DNA from: Lingula anatina
Taxonomy: Eukaryota > Animalia > Brachiopoda
Direction of reading: 5' to 3'
Length of the DNA: 64,000 nt
NCBI GenBank assembly: GCA_051362555.1
Contig: CM120643.1
Location: forward strand, 29,082,848 to 29,146,847
The notes under the pieces were generated by a model, which made no database searches, was not told where the DNA came from, and worked only from the letters and a program-made list of their open reading frames with translations. Position numbers and translations under genes: made by a program. Below are positions 38,301-49,981 of the stretch, piece by piece (positions within the stretch are counted from its first letter, which is position 1; each line of letters starts with the position of its first letter).

Positions 38301-39248
38301 TCCCGACTAGTTCACACATAGTTCACGACGAGCAAACGAATAGTTTGCGAATGCGTTTCCACATTGACACGAACTGGCACGCATCCTCCCGCATCGTCCC
38401 GACGAGTACACGATGAGTTCACGAACAGTTTGCGCATAGTTCACTACCTGGCTGGGAAATTTTGTCGTGACCAAAATTTTGAACATTTCAAAATTCTCGT
38501 CCCGACATGGCACGCAGTTACGGCGAGATTTCGTATTTCACGCCAGTTTACGACTAGTTTGCGCACTGGCACGACTCGAGTCGTGCCAATGTGTGCCACA
38601 GAATCGTGCAAGTGTCAGCCTTGCTTTACAACGTACTCTTAGAGAGCAATCGCAACGAGAAGAGCCCAGGTCAAGCAAGGCTGAGACCTAAATATGGCGG
38701 ACCTACATGAAAGGAAGACTGCTAATTCTGTAATGGTCTCTCTCATGCCTCCCCACGGTCACCCCTGCAGGGACACAGTAATTAAATCTCGGCTCAATTC
38801 AACCGGTCGAGGGACGACGCGTGAGTGAGAGAGGCGGAGAGACCATTACAGGATTAGCGGTCTTCCTTTCATGTAGGTTCGCCATATTTAGGTCTCGGCC
38901 TTGCTTGACCTTGGCTCTTCTCGATGTGAATGCTCCCCTATAATCACCAGCTTTTTGTGATTTACTTAACACCAGGGGGAGGTGTTTTAATCTTTAAAAC
39001 TCACTGCATGCAGCCAGAGTCCCGCGGAGTTGGTTCGATCTACATAGACCAAGGGTGTCTAGGGATATGGAGCCCTAGTCTTTCTTGGACAGGTAAAAAA
39101 CATCCCAATCACCCCTCGTGAATAATGAACAGTCAATGTAGTCAATGTCACAGTGGCCCCTATACTTACAGTTTGCGGCAGTGTAGCTGACGAAGACACA
39201 CACCATCAACGCTACAACGAGGAGCAGATAGAACGCCAATCCCTTCAT
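32400..39248 (-). CDS. EGF-repeat protein, paralogue B, with a probable C-terminal GPI-signal-like hydrophobic tail
   Basis: Exons 39248-39170, 37160-37044, 36641-36489, 35612-35505, 35080-34928, 34570-34454 and 33919-33767 are collinear with paralogue A. Tentative exons 33105-32997 and 32409-32400 give HHPTSDAGTVNHSSVPQALKILFCFIFFYFFLFEKIKIH*. Confidence 0.83.
35936..36283. mobile_element. MITE-like insertion with ~40-bp inverted repeats in a paralogue B intron
   Basis: CTGTCACGATGAAGCCTGTAGTTATCCCTGAAGTCACCT versus AGGTCACTTCAAGGATGATTACAGGCTTCATCATGACAG. Confidence 0.6.
37210..37720. repeat. C-rich ~33-bp minisatellite (~15 units), G-tract-rich on the transcribed strand
   Basis: Unit CCCCGTCACCCCACTCCACCCCTACCCCACCCTACCT; it explains the Pro-rich ORF at 37203-37751. 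Confidence 0.95.
37941..38160. mobile_element. TTAA-flanked MITE, copy 2
   Basis: Its core is near-identical to 25688-25869 (GTTCACGCTAA...TTAATTACCCCC...GATAGATCGATCTAAA). Confidence 0.65.
38205..38625. mobile_element. Non-autonomous DNA transposon with subterminal ACGA repeats
   Basis: Inverted termini CAAGGCTGACGCTTGCACGA / TCGTGCAAGTGTCAGCCTTG; GC-rich relative to its flanks. Confidence 0.65.
38658..38920. mobile_element. Fold-back MITE with ~85-bp near-perfect terminal inverted repeats
   Basis: GAAGAGCCCAGGTCAAGCAAGGCTGAGACCTAAATATGGCG...GTAATGGTCTCTC is mirrored at 38838-38920. Confidence 0.85.
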
Positions 39249-39889
39249 CACTGATCAGGCTGATTTTAGAATTAATGTTCTGCACTTCTCTTCTGAAATA
39301 AAACTAGATTTCATGAAGAGCGCAGTGATACAAAATTTCCACATAAACATTTTATCAAATTAGTAATTTTTTTAATTTTTAAATCGAATTTTTGTTAGCT
39401 TAGTCTTTTTAATTGCAAATAGTAACTACGTTGATGAATCAGTTAATTTATCAAAATATAGATAATTTTAGCAATCAATGAATAATGGAAAAGAAAATGA
39501 AAGAAAGAAATGCATGGAAGAATTAATAAGTACGTCAAAGATAAAGCAAATTGATTTGATATCATCATTTACAGTGGGAGGAAAAAAAACATTGGATAGG
39601 ATAAAAAGGTCCACAAATGCTTGGCAAACAAGAACAATCGCCGATAATACATTCAGTTTCTGTAGGTCAACAATTCCATCTCTCTTTCGTATGATTTAAA
39701 AAATGGACAATAATGCAACCCAAAATGTAGGGCTACATGTAAAGGTTGCCAACGAGCGTGCCTAGTCAGACGCCGTATTTCTCCCATAAAACCTTTCTTC
39801 TGTGTTTGCATTATTATCAAATCCCGTAAAACAATAAAAAAGGCGATTTTGATTTAGAAATGAAATTCCTTCAAGGTAGTCTTTATTTA

Positions 39890-40265
39890 ATACGTGCAGA
39901 TAGTAGAAAAACTGGATGATAACACCGGAAGAAGTGTGGATGTATTCGAAATGAAGTGGTTCAGAAAATCCCAGGAGATACTGTACACAGCACATGGAAC
40001 TTACGAAAGTGTCAACGTTGAAATTGCCCAGAAAAAAACCGAAGACCATGTAACTTTACACATTAGATGGCAGGGTGCCTCGGAAACTCGACAGAGGAAC
40101 ACCTAGAAAGAACTAAATGGCAAATATTGCTAAATGGACAAATATGACGCCTGGCTTATAACGCATCAAGAACTGAGGAAAATCGACCAAAGTGAAGACC
40201 ACTAGTTCAAGTCCAACTTAGTGCCCCTGTGGCCTCTTGGCTATAGATAATAGTAGAAGTGTAGA
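39890..40265 (+). mobile_element. Degenerate 3' end of an RTE-clade-like LINE
   Basis: VDVFEMKWFRKSQEILYTAHGTYESV resembles the C-terminal AFEMxCxRRILxIxWTxHxTNExV motif of RTE-type ORFs. It is followed by stops and frameshifts and a short (TAG)-type tail, and is absent from the paralogue A flank. Confidence 0.55.
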
Positions 40266-41474
40266 CAGTAGTAGAGGACTGTCTGAGTATGAAGGTCTGA
40301 ATATGGAACGTTACAGCAATCTCACTCTAATTGTTAAATAATAATAATAATAATAATAATATTAATAATAATAGTGCTTGAGCATTGCACTTATCAAAAC
40401 ATTTATTCGTCGAGATAAAACCTACCTTTACCTCGTTTGTCTGCACTGACTTCACATCGGGCAATGTGGGATCTACCAGGTCATATCTGTTTTATTATCA
40501 CGGTGTCTGTCGTGGCTTGTGAAGGAATACTGTTTATTGAGGACAGAGATCAACACACACACACACACACACCAAACACACACACACACACACACTTACC
40601 TCATGGAAACGCGATGGCGATTTGCTTAAATGTTTGATAGATTATCGTACCTGGAGTTTCCGATCTTTACTCCGTCACTCTCTCTCTATCTCTCTCTCTC
40701 TCTCTCCGTCTATGTGAAAGTGACCCACATTGAAAAGCTCGATTAAAACGTTCTACCACTCTCTGTGATTTGCCATAATAAATAAATGGTACCGTTTAAA
40801 AACAAGCCTTAATTGAAGAAAATGAAGGCATATCCAACTACATGGTAAATATAACTTCTATTCGTCTTCAAAATCTAACAAAGAAACCAAATAATCGATT
40901 CTTTAAATTACAGCTTATTTTCACGGCGATATTTCAGTGTCTAACAAAAAATTTTAATCAGCAGCTGTAGTCACAGGTGTTAATAATATCACTACTACCC
41001 CTGTATGTATACTGATACAGTAAAGTGACCTGCCCCATCTATACAAGAGGTCACACGATACTGCCTGAGTGGAGATGCACTTTATAAGCTTAGGACCTAT
41101 TCTACCCCCACCGCCTCAAAAAAAAAGGAAATAACCAAATAAAAATAAGAGCGAGCTCGAGATAAAACCAAGTAACTACTGCTTCCCATAGCTATGCAGA
41201 CATATGTCATAGCAAATTATCACTGCTTAAAATTCAAGTTCTTGTACTGCTCCATTTAATAAATCTGGATCTGCGGGTGACACATTCACATGCATCAGTA
41301 CTCATACGGGGACTACAGCTACATAAGTGTAAATAATATTGATATGTTCTCTGATACTGTACGGCAGCGCCTTCACCCACCATTTCCTCTACATAAACCA
41401 GACATCAGAGGATGAAAAGGCCAACTGCGCATATTGGTGGTGGCGTCCCAACGACGGATTTATAGTTTTTTAGT

Positions 41475-41479
<5 letters not shown>

Positions 41480-41519
<40 letters not shown>

Positions 41520-42101
41520 CACCCATGGGCGCGCACACACACACGCTGAAATTTTCTGAGTTGTAACTCTGATACAACTTTACTGGCTGATTCTTTGTTG
41601 AAGGCGGAATCCCCTTTCTCTTTTTTTTTTTTCAGTAACGATAGACGCAATTAAAATACAACCATGCAACGTTAACCTTTGCATTCTGGCGTTCTATATG
41701 TTAAAAAAAATTGTTCTTCTCTTCTTTTTTTATTTTGGAAATTTATCTCTGTACCCCCTCATACTCACCCACACAAACACACACACATCACTCCCCCTTT
41801 CATTATCCATATACATGTACTCTCTGACCACAGGGTGCAGTAACTGTATGTTACAAAGTCTGCAATAATTTGTATACTATTTCAGAAGCCCCTGATATCA
41901 TAGGGTAGATCCGCAAGTGACGCATTCAATACCTATCCACGTCACTGGGTAGTTAGACTTGAAAAATAGCTTATGTGAAATTACATATGGAAACTCGCGA
42001 ACCTCCACCGTAATTTCCTTTTGTAAGTTGTTTAAATAAATGAAGTTTTGCTACCTTTATACATTTTATCATCATTCAAAAATGTTTTTCTATTGTTATT
42101 T

Positions 42102-42132
<31 letters not shown>

Positions 42133-42461
42133 TCTTTTTTGTATCTATAAAATACAGTTAATTCGTGCCGTGAATTAGGCAGGGGCATTAATGCTTGTGA
42201 AAATTCCATCTATGACCGGGTAGACGGTAGACTTTTGCCCTAACTGTGACCTGCATTTTACAGTAAAAATATTCAGACTATCTTTAGCGCTTGTTTTGTG
42301 TTGTGAATATTTCGTTTACATTCTTGCCCCTCCCCCTCCTCCTTCCACCTTTAGCAAAACCCTGAATGTATTAATTTTAACTTATTGCATAAAGATTCCG
42401 GGAATAGAAAGCCTTAATCTACTTGTTCGAGTCGCTATTGTTCAGCAACCTCGTCAGTGGA
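41480..42461 (+). repeat. Dispersed direct repeat, copy 1 (copy 2 at ~58810-59458)
   Basis: (CT)n-CAAACACCCATGG...TACTCTCTGAC-ACAGGGTGC...CCTTTAGCAAAACCCTGAATGTATTAATTTT...CAGCAACCTCGTCAGTGGAG is collinear in both copies. Confidence 0.85.
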
Positions 42462-43001
42462 GGTGCCACTTGGAAGAGTGTGCGCAGGGTAACAACGTCT
42501 GGTTTTTGAAGACTGTTTATAGGCACTTGAAAAACGAAATTTTAGAGCTGTAAGATAGAAATACTTTTAAAATATTTCTATGTAACTTGAAATGATAAGT
42601 TGTTTGAAGGTTTTAAATAAATGTGTGTGTGGCGTACGTATGTTAAGCCTCTCTTCTTGTCCTCAAATCAAGTTCGGTTCCTTGGTTCTAAACTGTTTGT
42701 TTCGTGTGCCGGGTATTGTGGTAGTGCAGACCTGTACAACAACTACTGTACTTCGTTCATGTGTTGGTCAATATGATACTATCATTTGTAAAAGTTAAAT
42801 CGGGCCCTCATTCATTTTATAGGATGGGCTTAGTTGTGAGGTTCGAGTATTAAAAGCATAACGTAAAGCAAGCATTTAATGATAATTTGGAGAGCTTTCA
42901 ATGCAGAGAATCAGTCGAATTCCCCAAATAAATAAAATTACAAAATTACTGTAGTAACATTCAGCACAATAGCCTCCGTCCGGATCACTGCAAACCTGTT
43001 G

Positions 43002-43044
<43 letters not shown>

Positions 43045-44209
43045 TACCAAGATCTGGACAGGACTAAGAAGAAAACATGGCGCATCGCGTAGCTCTGCAC
43101 CGATTTCGTCGTCCTAAATTTGGGAACATACATGTATCTAATTAATTAATCACCAACACAAAAAGTTACGGTATTCAGTTAGGGTTTAACGTACGATTTA
43201 TAAACGCAAGTTCTCCAAGGACAAATAATGCTTTTTAATCATTTCAACAGATAAATATGATTTAATAATTTTATCAAAAAGAATCTTATTTAGCAGTTTC
43301 TGACCAATTTCACCACTAATCATTTTTTTTTCATCGCGCGCAACCTGGAATTTAGTGCCGGAAGTGACGGTAATTCTTTAAAAAATTAAACAAGGTTAAT
43401 CATTAGTTACGGGACCATTCCTAGACCCTATCGTTCTAACTGTGGATCAATCTATTTCCGAGGGGATTCTCGCTAAATTGCAATCAACTTAAGCGACTTA
43501 GATGTCTGTCGCGCCTGCTGAAGCTGCTAGTGGGTAATTTATCGTTTAGCAGCTTTGAACAGTAGGCGTGCCAGCACCTAAGCCGCTTAAGCTGAAAACA
43601 GTTTTGTGAGAAAACCCTAGGAGACGGACCGATCCTATTAGATCGATCTAGGTATGGGAATCCAGTCTTAGGACTTTTTTATGTTCCCAAATTGTTTCAG
43701 AGTTATGGCGAGTGTCAGGAATGGAGGATCATAGGTTGGTTAGTCGGAGAAAAATACCGTTTACCTCCAAAATATTTAAGTGCTGAAAACCTTACGCTGG
43801 ACAACATTATATTTAAAAACCTGAACTTATTTTGAAACAGGCTTTTTTATAGATCCTCTCTTTCATCTGTCCCTATCATCTATAAGAAAAGGTTGGTTGA
43901 CATGAAACCGGACACACAGAAAAAATTACAAATGTTGCACAAATGTTGACTGTGTTTGCGACCATGGTGGTGTGTCCACCTGAATAATGACGACAATCCT
44001 GGAAGAAAATGAGGGGTTTAAAGAGAACAGGTGCTCTTAGTAAGGTCTCAGCAACAAAAAACTACACGTAGAACCTCTACAGTTTACCTGTACTTTGGGG
44101 ATAGGAGGAAGTTTGAAGCCTTTTGTCTGAATGCGATATCATATCTGATATCTGAATGCTTCAACACTGACTAACGTTTTGACCAATTTATTTGAAAATA
44201 ATCAATAAG

Positions 44210-45000
44210 AAATAAGAAATACAGGTAAAAATCCAAAGCTCATCATCATCTAACATGCCGTTAATGCTAAAACGACAATTACATATCTTATTTTAACTTC
44301 ATTTTTTCCAAATGATTATAACCTACAGGTAACTATGGCATACAGTTATCGGGTATGTATGATCTGATTATATGTCACATCTGTTAATAACAATGGCAAA
44401 TTGATGACAATTTTTTCTTCAGAGTTAATCTAATTATTAAATACATCCATTTATTTTATCTGTAGTGTATGTTGACAGAATAAGGTAAAATAACCATGGA
44501 ATTCCTTTTAATAAGAAATACAGGTAAAAATCCAAACCTCGTGTAAAAAAACTTATGTCCTATATCATTTAACACGCCATTATAGCATCTAAATGCTAAA
44601 ACTTTAATTATATATATTATATCTTATTTAAACTTCATATTTCACAAATGATTAAAACCTATAACTATGGCATACAGCTATCCAGTACATATATAATCAC
44701 AGGCCCGTAGCCAGAGGGTTCGGGAGATTCGACAAAAAAAAAACTTTTCCCTTGCCATGGGAAAAGGATTCCTCTGGGAAATTGTTATCTAGGCACATGA
44801 TGATAAAAGGTCCACTTTATAAGAAAAAAAAGACCTCCCCCCCCCCCTTTTGAAATTGCTATGCTACGGGCTTCAATCATATGTTACATTTGTTAATAAC
44901 AGTGACGAACTGACGAAAATTTTTCTTCATTGTTAATCTTATCATTAAATACATTCATAAATTTCATTTGTAGTGCATGTTGACAGAATAGGGTTGGATA
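44210..45000. repeat. ~280-bp tandem duplication whose second copy is interrupted by a MITE (44700-44875)
   Basis: AATAAGAAATACAGGTAAAAATCCAAA...GTTGACAGAATA occurs twice; the CAGGCCCGTAGCCAG element sits only in copy 2. Confidence 0.85.
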
Positions 45001-45335
45001 ACTACAAAATTCATTTCACTGCTACACCACAACCTTTGTTCTATTGTTTAACCAGTGCTGCCGCCTGTCTGAAAGAACTACACTAGGTTTTAGTCACACG
45101 ATTAAGTCGTGAGTATTGCTGAATACCAGTATGTCGTAGAGATTAAGGTTGGATTTTATATATCTAATTTTATATATCGTATCGTATTCTACTGCCACAA
45201 AGTGAAATCTGAATTGCGCGGGACCTATATACATATATACATATATATTAGATATTGTGCAACGTGACTATAGCTGTTTCGTTTCTGCTTCGTTTTTATA
45301 TGTAGTCACCGAAATAAAGGAAATAAGTGTGTGGG

Positions 45336-45380
<45 letters not shown>

Positions 45381-45420
45381 TTGGGGCATGATTTCTGATA
45401 AACTGTTGTTGACTGCTAGT

Positions 45421-48236
45421 CTAATCTTTCGGCGGACAAGTAATAGATTGTAAATCAGCTAAGATCCCCAAAACAATAATGGCCACGCTTCCCAAGAACA
45501 AGAGACGGTTTAAACAAGAAAAAAACTTCTCACACGGGTTCGGGCAAGGTCCAGCGCAGATGACGCAATCTCTCCTGCAGAAATCGCACTCGCATGCGCA
45601 GATGTCTCTACATTTGTCGAAGCACATGGAACAGTAACATCCGCGTTTTGGTGCCTTCTCATATAGGCAGCAAACGAAACAACACTGACCTAAGACAAGT
45701 TCACCCGTCTTTCTTACTGTTACCATGCGACAACAACAGCATTTGGTCTTTTTAAAATATCGTCTTTTACAACAGAGGTCGGGATCAAACCAAATCCTAG
45801 CATCCGTCTCAAGGCTTCGAAGAAATACGGAGAAAAAATCGGTGAATGCTGATGATTTTGCCAATTTCAGGACCAAGTCAGCTGCTTCGAATTTACCTGT
45901 CTGCCCGTCGCAGAAGCAATGAAATATTAACGGTAAAATTCCTTGCGGTATTTTCGAACAGAACAGCACAAATATCTCGTAGGTTGTTTTCAGCCTGTAT
46001 TTGCCGAATAGCCCTCTGACGTCCAAGCTATTAGACCTGCGTTGACGTATGTCTATGACAGTTTCGTTTATGAGGTGCAAAAGTTGCAACAAGGCAAGAA
46101 CGGAGGCCAGTATTGAAAGTACGAGCGACCAGACTCCTCCGCATTCAGCACTCTTCGGCTCCAAATAGGAACTCCAGTCTGCGTATAAATCCCAGGCTGT
46201 ACAAGCAACAGATAGGATACGCACAATCACGTCCCAAACGATCTTCTTTTTCGTCTTAGGTTTGCTCTTCTTTTCTCTCCTTTTCTTCTCTATTTTCTGT
46301 CGCAAATATTCAGCCTCGAACCTCCGTATGTTAGCATACCATGTCTTTGTCCCAGGTCTTCCTTCTATGACCGGCTTGTCTGTTGATGGGGGTTCGGTTA
46401 TGACGTCACTCTGACCGCCAATGTTTCTCATTTCAATATCTTGTTCTCTTCCATAATACCCACGGTTGTCAAATTCAAGCCCGTTATTATCCCATCCATA
46501 TTCCCGGGGAACTTGCCTACGAGCTGCCTAAAACAAAAATAAATACCTGATGTAAAAAACGGAACAATTTATCATATAGCATTTTGTATACTGATACATC
46601 GGCAGAATTGTTTTTATTATGAGATTAAGCAACGTAATATCAGGGCTGTGACTGAGGGGGGGGGGGGGGGGTCCGGGGGTTCGAACGAACCGCCCTTTTC
46701 TCTGGGAAAAGATCCAAAATTTGATCTAGCTTGTATGACATTTCTCAACTTGGGCCAGATTAGGGGAGGGAGTCGTTGTCTACTTAATTACCCGAAGAAG
46801 CCGGCTTGTAAAAGTGGATGTGTTGTTGTAAAAATAAGCAAAGCCTTGGTAGCTTTCCTCGTAGTACGGTATGATTGTATTGCTATCTGATCGCTATCTG
46901 TAATGGGTGAGAATGGAAGTACTCTGCATGGTACTAAAAGACCCAGCTTGTTTTTGTGCGTTTCTTCCTGCAAAATGTTATGTAAATGAAGGTTTTCTTG
47001 CAAATTTTCTGCAAATTTGCAACAAGGTATAGTTATCCTTGCAAACTTTCTTCAGGCTTTTATGTAGATGAGCAGTTTCTTGCAAATTTGCTGCAAATTT
47101 GCAACAGTGTATAGTCTTTCTTGCAAACTTCCAGAAAACTTTTATGTAAATGAAAATAGAAGCTTTCCTGGATATTATAACTTTTAATCTTCCTGCAAAT
47201 TTGCAGCAAATTTGCAACAACTGTGATTTTTCCTGCAAAAACCTGCAAACAGTTTCTTGCCAACTATTTGGTTTGCAGCAAATTTGCTGCAAATTTGTTG
47301 CAAGTTTGCTGCAAACTTTTCACTTTGCTAAGGATATTGTTTATTGCAATTATTATTTCTCATTGAAACTCAGAAAACAATAATATGACGGTACTTTTTC
47401 GTCAATAAAAAGTCACCATGCAGAAGAATCTCCCTGAGCGTATATAGCTGTTCTTTTCTAATTTAATATATATATCTATTGTGTTGGTCTGTAGTTTTTG
47501 TATCTTCATTACCCACTTTTTGAACAGCGACCGTTGGCTTCACTCGAATTTCGGCATTAGCGCAATTAAGAACTGGCATCAATGACCAAAAACTGAGGCA
47601 AACTCTTGGATAACTCGTGCTTGTTACGTTTTCAGGCTCGCAATATTTAACTATGTAGACTGGCTCATAGCTTTCATTCCGAAGTTTCAACTGTCTCATT
47701 GATTCAATTTTCTATTTTTTTATCTGATAAAAATCCAGTATTTAATTTTGAATATACAATTAACTTTTATTTATCTTATTTAGTTTTAAGATGGAATTTT
47801 GTGCCAAGCCAAAATCGAGGCTCATCAGACAAGATGATGAAAGTTCCAGCCCTTTTTCTACAACAGATTTGTACTAGTAAATCCTCATGACTGATATTAT
47901 TCTTAGTCGCGATTCTGTGAAATTAAATGAAAATATCAAGTGCCTCAAGAAGACTCCATATACAACAACAGGGAGGTAACAACGACATGTCATTTTGTTG
48001 AAGCATTTCTCAACACAGCAAGGGCAACATATGCAATCATACCAGAGCCTCGATTCTGAATCTAGGATCCGGACAAAAGAGGAGAAAATGCCCCGTTGTA
48101 AACTGTTTCTATGCTAACAAAATGCGATTGCAAATCAAGATAATTAAAGTCTGTAAGATAAATAAATTCTCTAGGAGAAATAAAAATAAGTTATTGTGAA
48201 CACCAGGGTAAAAAATGTCAGCAAACTCACCGGCAT
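45421..48236 (-). CDS. Multi-pass membrane protein with XK-family-like motifs and a 23-Cys loop, ~370 aa
   Basis: The large exon 46527-45421 (acceptor TTTTGTTTTAG) extends the 336-aa ORF by 32 codons. It has four or more hydrophobic segments, WDLYADW after TM1 and SKIPQGIL. The first coding exon is proposed at 48236-48231 (ATG CCG|GTGAGT, phase 0; tentative). The family assignment rests on motif resemblance only. Confidence 0.75.
46965..47333. mobile_element. GCAAATTTGC-repeat non-autonomous element (related fragment at 31875-31981)
   Basis: Many TGCAAATTTGC(T/A)GCAAA palindromic subrepeats and a shared end AAACTTTT..TTTGCT(T/A)AGG. Confidence 0.6.
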
Positions 48237-48707
48237 GTCTCTGTGCTTTGATTTAACTTATACAACCGTCTAGTCGCGGGTCCCGTGACTTCTGTATTGA
48301 AATGGAGAATCGTGAACCCTTTAATTTTGTAAGAGTTGATCCACGCATGTGCGAATTCGTGGAAATTGTATTTTAAACAAACGTACCGTTTAACGTAGCC
48401 AACAATGTAAATGTGGGCATTCTTTTTCAGATAAGAGAAATTGATTTGCTCACGTTATCAGTGCCCCGCCAATGATAAGGTTTTAAGATCGTCCACATCG
48501 TCCACTCACATAATGAAATGTGTCAAACTGTATTTGCCTTTCCACCCTACTGGTTTATAAATTATACTTAAAATATTTTGACGTTATATTGGCTAACTGT
48601 AGGAACAGGCCGAACATTTTGCACACCCTTTTTATTTTTATCTCCCGATTCATATTATTCTACAACATCCCTTTGTTCATTTTGTTCGTCTGCATATAAA
48701 AAAGGCT

Positions 48708-48890
48708 AATTATAATAATAATAATAATAATTTTTATTGAAACATTGCAACCAGACCCCTGCTTCAACCCGTAAGTGATGAGTGCCAAGCGGGGAAACAG
48801 CAGGTATGTTTGTAAAGGACTGGTACAGCTGTATGTCCCCGGACGGGTCTGAACCTACGTCCTCCCGCTCTGGGCAGCATACTGACCGTT
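48708..48890 (-). mobile_element. tRNA-derived SINE with a Meta-domain-like core and (ATT)n tail
   Basis: The minus strand has a B-box-like GGTTCAGACCC, then TGCTGTTTCCCCGCTTGGCACTCATCACTTACGGG...GTCTGGTTG resembling the MetaSINE central domain, then AATAAA and (ATT)n. Confidence 0.6.
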
Positions 48891-49933
48891 TCTGGGTAGA
48901 ATACTGAAACCGCTTGGCTTTCTTTATTGAGGTCAAATTTCACCCGTACCGCTGATATGGACAGTTGCTGCTCCTTTATCGTATGAAGATATCTGCGCAT
49001 GTGCAAATTCTCGTAAATAATATTTGTCTCCTCCATCCCAATGTACCACAAACTTTCATTTTCCCATTCATAACAAGAAAAAGGGCAACAAGAATCTCGA
49101 TTGTTCGACATTTGGCTAAACAAGGCCCCACTAACCCACTATGCTAATCATTTTAACAATAACAACAATGTAGCAAATTGTTTCGTGTATCAAATGTTAT
49201 GGCCTAAGGGATAAAAAATACATCAACTATTCAATAAGAATCATCATCCTAAAATTATTATGTGACGAGTCAGGAAAAGTTATTATTTGCAAAAAAATTT
49301 GCAGATATTGTTTGTGGGGTTGAAATATTTTGAACTGAAGATTTAAGTTGAAGATTAAAGATAACTTCTAGTTTAATCGTACCGTGCTCATTAACAAAAT
49401 GAATCGATCGCAAAATGGGGTCAGGCAGTCACGCCCACTTGGTATCAGTGGCAGCATGTGTCTCAAATGTGCTAATTGCGCATGTAGGTAAATAAGCTCT
49501 AGAAATTGTTGTCGCCATAAAATATCGTTTGAGTACGGTCTTTCTTTTTCAGACAAGAGAAAATGGTTTGCTCACGTTATCATTGCCCGCCAATAGCCTT
49601 TAATGATAAGGTTTTAACATCACCCATAGACATTATGGAATGTGTCAAACTGTATTTGCCTTTCCACCCTACTGGTTTATAAATTATATTTAATATCTTG
49701 GCATAGCTGGCTATAGGTATTAATTAGAAGTAAAGTTTAGAAAATGAGGCCACTACACAGGTGATCTCGTGGACTAACAGGAATGCAAATCACATATATG
49801 GCCGACCCAATCGAAAGTTTTCCGCGTAAGCCCTGTGGTTTAGCAGGTTAGAATGCCAGACGACCTCTCCGGAAGCCGCTGTAACAGCAAAACGTCGGCG
49901 TTTGTTTCTCTAATGAATTGGTGACTATGGCCG

Positions 49934-49981
<48 letters not shown>

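Larger units (their letters stand above)
24050..40830. repeat. Tandem segmental duplication (~24050-31210 vs ~31650-40830) containing the two EGF genes
   Basis: Collinear homology in exons, intron parts and 3' flanks (24065-24245 vs 31660-31815; 24370-24880 vs 32080-32600) and in 5' flanks (30780-31210 vs 40400-40815). Confidence 0.9.

Noticed and set aside
38080-38691. Overlapping ORFs on both strands
   Set aside because: They lie in adjacent MITEs with internal repeats and show no domain features.
46978-47383. ORFs with repeated LQICCKFA motifs
   Set aside because: These are translations of GCAAATTTGC subrepeats of a non-autonomous element.
47463-47699. 78-aa ORF as the upstream exon of the XK-like gene
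   Set aside because: I found no convincing phase-0 donor and no recognisable motif. It cannot be fully excluded without transcripts.
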